A stretch of 64,000 nucleotides of DNA from Eledone cirrhosa (Eukaryota). The translations under genes and the position numbers were made by a program. The notes beneath the pieces are model-generated. The model worked only from the letters and a program-made list of their open reading frames with translations, did no database searches and was not told the DNA's origin. Every line of letters begins with the position of its first letter. Positions within the stretch are counted from its first letter, which is position 1. The stretch is taken from NCBI GenBank assembly GCA_964016885.1, contig OZ024740.1:418438001-418502000 (forward strand). The letters are read 5' to 3'. Below are positions 54,801 to 64,000 of this stretch, piece after piece.

Positions 54801-57800
54801 TCAGGGGTGTAGCTGTACTGACCACACTTGGTTAATGTGGACATGTCAGGGGTGTAGCTGTACTGACCACACTTGGTTAATTTGGACATGTCAGGAGTGT
54901 AGCTGTACTGACCACACTTAGTCAATTGTGGTCATGTCAGGGGTGTAGCTGTACTGACCACACTTGGTTAATTGTGGTCATGTCAGGGGTGTAGCTGTAC
55001 TGACCACACTTGGTCAATTGTGGTCATGTCAGGGGTGTAGCTGTACTGACCACACTTGGTTAATTTGGACATGTCAGGAGTGTAGCTGTACTGACCACAC
55101 TTAGTCAATTGTGGTCATGTCAGGGGTGTAGCTGTACTGACCACACTTAGTCAATTGTGGTCATGTCAGGGGTGTAGCTGTACTGACCACACTTGGTTAA
55201 TTGTGGTCATGTCAGGAGTGTAGCTGTACTGACCACACTTGGTCAATTGTGGACATGTCACGGATGTAGTTGTACTGACCACACTTGGTCAATTGTGGTC
55301 ATGTCAGAGGTGTAGCTGTACTGACCACACTTGGTCAATTGTGGTCATGTCAGGGGTGTAGCTGTACTGACCACACTTGGTCAATTGTGGTCATGTCAGG
55401 GGTGTAGCTGTACTGACCACACTTGGTCAATTGTGGTCATGTCAGGAGTGTAGCTGTACTGACCACACTTGGTCAATTGTGGACATGTCACGGATGTAGT
55501 TGTACTGACCACACTTGGTCAATTGTGGTCATGTCAGGGGTGTAGCTGTACTGACCACACTTGGTTAATTGTGGACATGTCAGGGGTGTAGCTGTACTGA
55601 CCACACTTGGTCAATTGTGGACATGTCAGGGGTGTCGCTGTACTGACCACACTTGGTCAATTATGGTCATGTCAGGGGTGTAGCTGTACTGACCACACTT
55701 GGTCAATTGTGGTCATGTCAGGGGTGTAGCTGTACTGACCACACTTGGTCAATTGTGGTCATGTCAGGAGTGTAGCTGTACTGACCACACTTGGTCAATT
55801 GTGGACATGTCACGGATGTAGTTGTACTGACCACACTTGGTCAATTGTGGTCATGTCAGGGGTGTAGCTGTACTGACCACACTTGGTTAATTGTGGACAT
55901 GTCAGGGGTGTAGCTGTACTGACCACACTTGGTCAATTGTGAACATGTCAGGGGTGTCGCTGTACTGACCACACTTGGTCAATTGTGGTTATGTCAGGGG
56001 TGTAGCTGTACTGACCACACTTGGTCAATTGTGGTCATGTCAGGGGTGTAGCTGTACTGACCACACTTGGTCAATTGTGGTCATGTCAGAGGTGTAGCTG
56101 TACTGACCACACTTGGTCAATTGTGGTCATGTCAGGGGTGTAGCTGTACTGACCACACTTGGTCAATTGTGGTCATGTCAGTGGTGTAGCTGTACTGACC
56201 ACACTTGGTTAATGTGGACATGTCAGGAGTATAGCTGTCCTGACCACACTTGGTCAATTGTGGTCATGTCAGGAGTGTAGCTGTACTGACCACACTTGGT
56301 CAAGTGTGGTCATGTCAGGAGTGTAGCTGTACTGACCACACTTGGTTAATTTGGACATGTCAGGAGTGTAGCTGTACTGACTACACTTGGTTAATTGTTG
56401 TCATGTCAGGGGTGTAGCTGTACTGACCACACTTGGTCAATTGTGGTCATGTCAAGAGTGTAGCTGTACTGACCACACTTGGTCAATTATGGTCATGTCA
56501 GGAGTGTAGCTGTACTGACCACACTTGGTTAATGTGGACATGTCAGGAGTGTAGCTGTACTGACCACACTTGGTCAATTGTGGTCATGTCAGGGGTGTAG
56601 CTGTACTGACCACACTTGGTCAATTGTGGTCATGTCAGGGGTGTAGCTGTACTGACCACACTTGGTCAATTGTGGTCATGTCAGGGGTGTAGCTGTACTG
56701 ACCACACTTGGTCAATTGTGGTCATGTCAGGGGTGTAGCTGTACTGACCACACTTGGTCAATTGTGGTCATGTCAGGGGTGTAGCTGTACTGACCACACT
56801 TGGTCAATTGTGGTCATGTCAGGGGTGTAGCTGTACTGACCACACTTGGTCAATTGTGGTCATGTCAGGGGTGTAGCTGTACTGACCACACTTGGTCAAT
56901 TGTGGTCATGTCAGGGGTGTAGCTGTACTGACCACACTTGGTCAATTGTGGTCATGTCAGGGGTGTAGCTGTACTGACCACACTTAGTCAATTGTGGTCA
57001 TGTCAGGGGTGTAGCTGTACTGACCACACTTGGTCAATTGTGGTCATGTCAGAGGTGTAGCTGTACTGACCACACTTAGTCAATTGTGGTCATGTCAGGG
57101 GTGTAGCTGTACTGACCACACTTGGTCAATTGTGGTCATGTCAGGGGTGTAGCTGTACTGACCACACTTGGTCAATTGTGGTCATGTCAGGGGTGTAGCT
57201 GTACTGACCACACTTGGTCAATTGTGGTCATGTCAGGGGTGTAGCTGTACTGACCACACTTGGTCAATTGTGGTCATGTCAGGGGTGTACCTGTACTGAC
57301 CACACTTGGTCAATTGTGGTCATGTCAGGAGTGTAGCTGTACTGACCACACTTGGTCAATTGTGGTCATGTCAGGGGTGTAGCTGTACTGACCACACTTG
57401 GTCAATTGTGGTCATGTCAGGGGTGTAGCTGTACTGACCACACTTGGTCAATTGTGGTCATGTCAGTGGTGTAGCTGTACTGACCACACTTGGTTAATGT
57501 GGACATGTCAGGAGTGTAGCTGTACTGACCACACTTGGTCAATTGTGGTCATGTCAGGAGTGTAGCTGTACTGACCACACTTGGTCAATTATGGTCATGT
57601 CAGGAGTGTAACTGTACTGACCACACTTGGTTAATGTGGACATGTCAGGAGTATAGCTGTCCTGATCACACTTGGTCAATTGTGGTCATGTCAGGAGTGT
57701 AGCTGTACTGACCACACTTGGTCAATTGTGGTCATGTCAGGAGTGTAGCTGTACTGACCACACTTGGTTAATTTGGACATGTCAGGAGTGTAGCTGTACT

Positions 57801-60800
57801 GACCACACTTGGTTAATTGTGGTCATGTCAGGGGTGTAGCTGTACTGACCACACTTGGTCAATTATGGTCATGTCAGGAGTGTAGCTGTACTGACCACAC
57901 TTGGTTAATGTGGACATGTCAGGAGTATAGCTGTCCTGACCACACTTGGTCAATTGTGGTCATGTCAGGAGTGTAGCTGTACTGACCACACTTGGTCAAT
58001 TGTGGTCATGTCAGGAGTGTAGCTGTACTGACCACACTTGGTTAATGTGGACATGTCAGGAGTGTAGCTGTACTGACCACACTTGGTCAATTGTGGTCAT
58101 GTCAGGGGTGTAGCCGTACTGACCACACTTGCTCAATTGTGGTCATGTCAGGGCTGTAGCTGTACTGACTACACTTGGTTAATTGTTGTCATGTCAGGGG
58201 TGTAGCTGTACTGACCACACTTGGTCAATTGTGGTCATGTCAGGAGTGTAGCTGTACTGACCACACTTGGTCAATTATGGTCATGTCAGGAGTGTAGCTG
58301 TACTGACCACACTTGGTTAATGTTGACATGTCAGGAGTATAGCTGTCCTGACCACACTTGGTCAATTGTGGTCATGTCAGGAGTGTAGCTGTACTGACCA
58401 CACTTGGTTAATGTGGACATGTCAGGAGTGTAGCTGTACTGACCACACTTGGTCAATTGTGGTCATGTCAGGGGTGTAGCCGTACTGACCACACTTGCTC
58501 AATTGTGGTCATGTCAGGGCTGTAGCTGTAGACCACACTTGGTCAATTGTGGTCATGTCAGGGGTGTAGCTGTACTGACCACACTTGGTTAATGTGGACA
58601 TGTCAGGGGTGTAGCTGTACTGACCACACTTGGTTAATTGTGGTCATGTCAGAGGTGTAGCTGTACTGACCACACTTGGTCAATTGTGGTCATGTCAGGG
58701 GTGTAGCTGTAGACCACACTTGGTCAATTGTGGTCATGTCAGGGGTGTAGCAGTACTGACCACACTTGGTCAATTGTGGTCATGTCAGGAGTGTAGCTGT
58801 ACTGACCACACTTGGTCAATTGTGGACATGTCACGGATGTAGTTGTACTGACCACACTTGGTCAATTGTGGTCATGTCAGGGGTGTAGCTGTACTGACCA
58901 CACTTGGTTAATTGTGGACATGTCAGGGGTGTAGCTGTACTGACCACACTTGGTCAATTGTGGACATGTCAGGGGTGTCGCTGTACTGACCACACTTGGT
59001 CAATTGTGGTTATGTCAGGGGTGTAGCTGTACTGACCACACTTGGTCAATTGTGGTCATGTCAGGGGTGTAGCTGTACTGACCACACTTGGTCAATTGTG
59101 GTCATGTCAGAGGTGTAGCTGTACTGACCACACTTGGTCAATTGTGGTCATGTCAGGGGTGTAGCTGTACTGACCACACTTGGTCAATTGTGGTCATGTC
59201 AGTGGTGTAGCTGTACTGACCACACTTGGTTAATGTGGACATGTCAGGAGTGTAGCTGTACTGACCACACTTGGTCAATTGTGGTCATGTCAGGAGTGTA
59301 GCTGTACTGACCACACTTGGTCAATTGTGGTCATGTCAGGAGTGTAGCTGTACTGACCACACTTGGTTAATGTGGACATGTCAGGAGTATAGCTGTACTG
59401 ACCACACTTGGTCAATTGTGGTCATGTCAGGAGTGTAGCTGTACTGACCACACTTGGTCAATTGTGGTCATGTCAGGAGTGTAGCTGTACTGCCCACACT
59501 TGGTTAATGTGGACATGTCAGGAGTGTAGCTGTACTGACCACACTTAGTCAATTGTGGTCATGTCAGGAGTGTAGCTGTACTGACCACACTTGGTTAATG
59601 TGGACATGTCAGGAGTGTAGCTGTCCTGACCACACTTGGTCAATTGTGGTCATGTCAGGAGTGTAGCTGTACTGACCACACTTGGTGAATTGTGGTCATG
59701 TCAGGAGTGTAGCTGTACTGACCACACTTGGTTAATGTGGACATGTCAGGAGTGTAGCTGTACTGACCACACTTGGTTAATGTGGACATGTCAGGAGTGT
59801 AGCTGTACTGACCACACTTGGTCAATTGTGGACATGTCAGGGGTGTAGCTGTACTGACCACACTTGGTTAATTGTGGTCATGTCAGGGGTGTAGCTGTAC
59901 TGACCACACTTGGTCAATTGTGGTCATGTCAGGGGTGTAGCTGTACTGACCACACTTGGTCAATTGTGGTCATGTCAGGGGTGTAGCTGTACTGACCACA
60001 CTTGGTCAATTGTGGTCATGTCAGTGGTGTAGCTGTACTGACCACACTTGGTTAATTGTGGTCATGTCAGGGGTGTAGCCGTACGGACCACACTTGGTCA
60101 ATTGTGGACATGTCAGGGGTGTAGTTGTACTGACCACACTTGGTTAATTGTTGTTATGTCAGGGGTGTAGCTGTACTGACCACACTTGGTCAATTGTGGT
60201 CATGTCAGGGGTGTAGCTGTACTGACCACACTTGGTCAATTGTGGTCATGTCAGGGGTGTAGCTGTACTGACCACACTTGGTCAATTGTGGTCATGTCAG
60301 GAGTATAGCTGTCCTGACCACACTTGGTCAATTGTGGTCATGTCAGGGGTGTAGCTGTACTGACCACACTTGGTCAATTGTGGTCATGTCAGGGGTGTAG
60401 CTGTACTGACCACACTTGGTCAATTGTGGTCATGTCAGGGGTGTAGCTGTACTGACCACACTTGGTCAATTGTGGTCATGTCAGGGGTGTAGCTGTACTG
60501 ACCACACTTGGTCAATTGTGGTCATGTCAGTGGTGTAGCTGTACTGACCACACTTGGTCAATTGTGGTCATGTCAGGAGTGTAGCTGTACTGACCACACT
60601 TGGTTAATGTGGACATGTCAGGAGTGTAGCTGTACTGACCACACTTGGTCAATTGTGGTCATGTCAGGAGTGTAGCTGTACTGACCACACTTGGTCAATT
60701 ATGGTCATGTCAGGAGTGTAGCTGTACTGACCACACTTTGTTAATGTGGACATGTCAGGAGTATAGCTGTCCTGACCACACTTGGTCAATTGTGGTCATG

Positions 60801-63800
60801 TCAGGAGTGTAGCTGTACTGACCACACTTGGTTAATTTGGACATGTCAGGAGTGTAGCTGTACTGACCACACTTGGTGAATTGTGGTCATGTCAGGAGTG
60901 TAGCTGTACTGACCACACTTGGTCAATTGTGGTTGTCAGGAGTGTAGCTGTACTGACCACACTTGGTCAATTGTGGTCATGTCAGGGGTGTAGCTGTACT
61001 GACCACACTTGGTTAATTGTGGTCATGTCAGGGGTGTAGCTGTACTGACCACACTTGGTTAATGTGGACATGTCAGGGGTGTAGCTGTACTGACCACACT
61101 TGGTTAATGTGGACATGTCAGGGGTGTAGCTGTACTGACCACACTTGGTCAATTGTGGTCATGTCAGAGGTGTAGTTGTACTGACCACACTTGTTCAATT
61201 GTGGACATGTCAGGGGTGTAGTTGTACTGACCACACTTGGTCAATTGTGGTCATGTCAGGGGTGTAGCTGTACTGACCACACTTGGTTAATTGTTGTTAT
61301 GTCAGGGGTGTAGCTGTACTGACCACACTTGGTTAATGTGGACATGTCAGGGGTGTAGCCGTACTGACCACACTTGGTCAAGTGTGGTCATGTCAGAGGT
61401 GTAGCTGTACTGACCACACTTGGTCAATTGTGGTCATGTCAGGAGTGTAGATGTACTGACCACACTTGGTTAATGTGGACATGTCAGGAGTGTAGCTGTA
61501 CTGACCACACTTAGTCAATTGTGGTCATGTCAGGAGTGTAGCTGTACTGACCACACTTGGTTAATGTGGACATGTCAGGAGTGTAGCTGTACTGACCACA
61601 CTTGGTTAATTGTGGTCATGTCAGGAGTGTAGCTGTACTGACCACACTTGGTCAATTGTGGTCATGTCAGGGGTGTAGCTGTACTGACCACACTTGGTCA
61701 ATTGTGGTCATGTCAGGGGTGTAGCTGTACTGACCACACTTGGTCAATTGTGGTCATGTCAGGGGTGTAGCTGTACTGACCACACTTGGTCAATTGTGGT
61801 CATGTCAGGGGTGTAGCTGTACTGACCACACTTGGTCAATTGTGGTCATGTCAGGGGTGTAGCTGTACTGACCACACTTGGTCAATTGTGGTCATGTCAG
61901 GGGTGTAGCTGTACTGACCACACTTGGTCAATTGTGGTCATGTCAGGGGTGTAGCTGTACTGACCACACTTGGTCAATTGTGGTCATGTCAGGGGTGTAG
62001 CTGTACTGACCACACTTGGTCAATTGTGGTCATGTCAGGGGTGTAGCTGTACTGACCACACTTGGTCAATTGTGGTCATGTCAGGGGTGTAGCTGTACTG
62101 ACCACACTTGGTCAATTGTGGTCATGTCAGTGGTGTAGCTGTACTGACCACACTTGGTTAATGTGGACATGTCAGGAGTGTAGCTGTACTGACCACACTT
62201 GGTTAATGTGGACATGTCAGGAGTGTAGCTGTACTGACCACACTTGGTCAATTGTGGTCATGTCAGGAGTGTAGCTGTACTGACCACACTTGGTCAATTA
62301 TGGTCATGTCAGGAGTGTAGCTGTACTGACCACACTTTGTTAATGTGGACATGTCAGGAGTATAGCTGTCCTGACCACACTTGGTCAATTGTGGTCATGT
62401 CAGGAGTGTAGCTGTACTGACCACACTTGGTCAATTGTGGTCATGTCAGGAGTGTAGCTGTACTGACCACACTTGGTTAATTTGGACATGTCAGGAGTGT
62501 AGCTGTACTGACCACACTTGGTTAATGTGGACATGTCAGGAGTGTAGCTGTACTGACCACACTTAGTCAATTGTGGTCATGTCAGGGGTGTAGCTGTACT
62601 GACTACACTTGGTTAATTGTTGTCATGTCAGGGGTGTAGCTGTACTGACCACACTTGGTCAATTGTGGTCATGTCAGGAGTGTAGCTGTACTGACCACAC
62701 TTGGTCAATTATGGTCATGTCAGGAGTGTAGCTGTACTGACCACACTTGGTTAATGTGGACATGTCAGGAGTATAGCTGTCCTGACCACACTTGGTCAAT
62801 TGTGGTCATGTCAGGAGTGTAGCTGTACTGACCACACTTGGTCAATTGTGGTCATGTCAGGAGTGTAGCTGTACTGACCACACTTGGTTAATGTGGACAT
62901 GTCAGGAGTGTAGCTGTACTGACCACACTTGGTTAATTGTGGTCATGTCAGGGGTGTAGCTGTACTGACCACACTTAGTCAATTGTGGTCATGTCAAGAG
63001 AGTAGCCGTACTGACCACACTTGCTCAATTGTGGTCATGTCAGGGGTGTAGCTGTACTGACCACACTTGGTCAATTGTGGTCATGTCAGGAGTGTAGCTG
63101 TACTGACCACACTTGGTCAATTATGGTCATGTCAGGGGTGTAGCTGTACTGACCACACTTGGTCAATTATGGTCATGTCAGGAGTGTAGCTGTACTGACC
63201 ACACTTGGTCAATTATGGTCATGTCAGGGGTGTAGCTGTACTGACCGCACTTGGTTAATGTGGACATGTCAGGGGTGTAGTTGTACTGACCACACTTGGT
63301 CAATTGTGGTCATGTCAGGGGTGTAGCTGTACTGACCACACTTGGTTAATTGTTATGTCAGGGGTGTAGCTGTACTGACCACACTTGGTTAATGTGGACA
63401 TGTCAGGGGTGTAGCCGTACTGACCACACTTGGTCAAGTGTGGTCATGTCAGAGGTGTAGCTGTACTGACCACACTTGGTCAATTGTGGTCATGTCAGGA
63501 GTGTAGCTGTACTGACCACACTTGGTTAATGTGGACATGTCAGGAGTGTAGCTGTACTGACCACACTTAGTCAATTGTGGTCATGTCAGGAGTGTAGCTG
63601 TACTGACCACACTTGGTTAATGTGGACATGTCAGGAGTGTAGCTGTACTGACCACACTTGGTCAATTGTGGTCATGTCAGGGGTGTAGCTGTACTGACCA
63701 CACTTGGTCAATTGTGGTCATGTCAGGGGTGTAGCTGTACTGACCACACTTAGTCAATTGTGGTCATGTCAGGGGTGTAGCTGTACTGACCACACTTGGT

Positions 63801-64000
63801 CAATTGTGGTCATGTCAGGGGTGTAGCTGTACTGACCACACTTGGTCAATTGTGGTCATGTCAGGGGTGTAGCTGTACTGACCACACTTGGTCAATTGTG
63901 GTCATGTCAGGGGTGTAGCTGTACTGACCACACTTGGTCAATTGTGGTCATGTCAGGGGTGTAGCTGTACTGACCACACTTGGTCAATTGTGGTCATGTC
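51862..64000. repeat. 46-bp tandem satellite, about 264 units, open at the window end; intronic to Sec24
   Basis: Consensus GGTCATGTCAGG(G/A)GTGTAGCTGTACTGACCACACTTGGT(C/T)AATTGT, with an interspersed 45-bp variant (TTAATGTGGACATG). Confidence 0.99.

Noticed and set aside
53411-62566. Cys/His-rich ORFs (CQECSCTDHTW) resembling metal-binding repeats
   Set aside because: They arise from runs of the 45-bp satellite variant. The prevailing 46-bp unit shifts frame and hits stop codons.

Overview
Eukaryotic, AT-rich animal genomic DNA. The SINE/LINE repertoire suggests an octopus or other cephalopod, which is my inference. The window reads, in order: a 55-bp tandem satellite (1-~24510, about 445 units, with kb-scale higher-order duplications); about 8.5 kb of pure (TA)n/TAA low-complexity DNA with a ~200-N gap; the last 10 coding exons of a COPII Sec24A/B-type gene on the minus strand (49446 to stop at 37892, all GT-AG, reading frame continuous); and a 46-bp satellite (~51862-64000, open-ended) in the next upstream intron. 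The introns hold a dead CR1-like LINE, RTE LINE remnants, at least three SINE families and TTAA/TA-type MITEs. I found no prokaryote-type system and no CRISPR array. The leads most worth following are: (i) a diverged copy of part of a Sec24 exon in an upstream intron, behind a phase-matched acceptor; (ii) a 6x tandem SINE-derived array that is inverted relative to downstream SINE copies and brackets frame-symmetric exon blocks (possible circRNA, skipping or ADAR substrate); (iii) a 41-bp-stem foldback at an RTE 5' end; (iv) a graded series from SINE head to minisatellite to possibly the 46-bp satellite. All functional readings are hypotheses.
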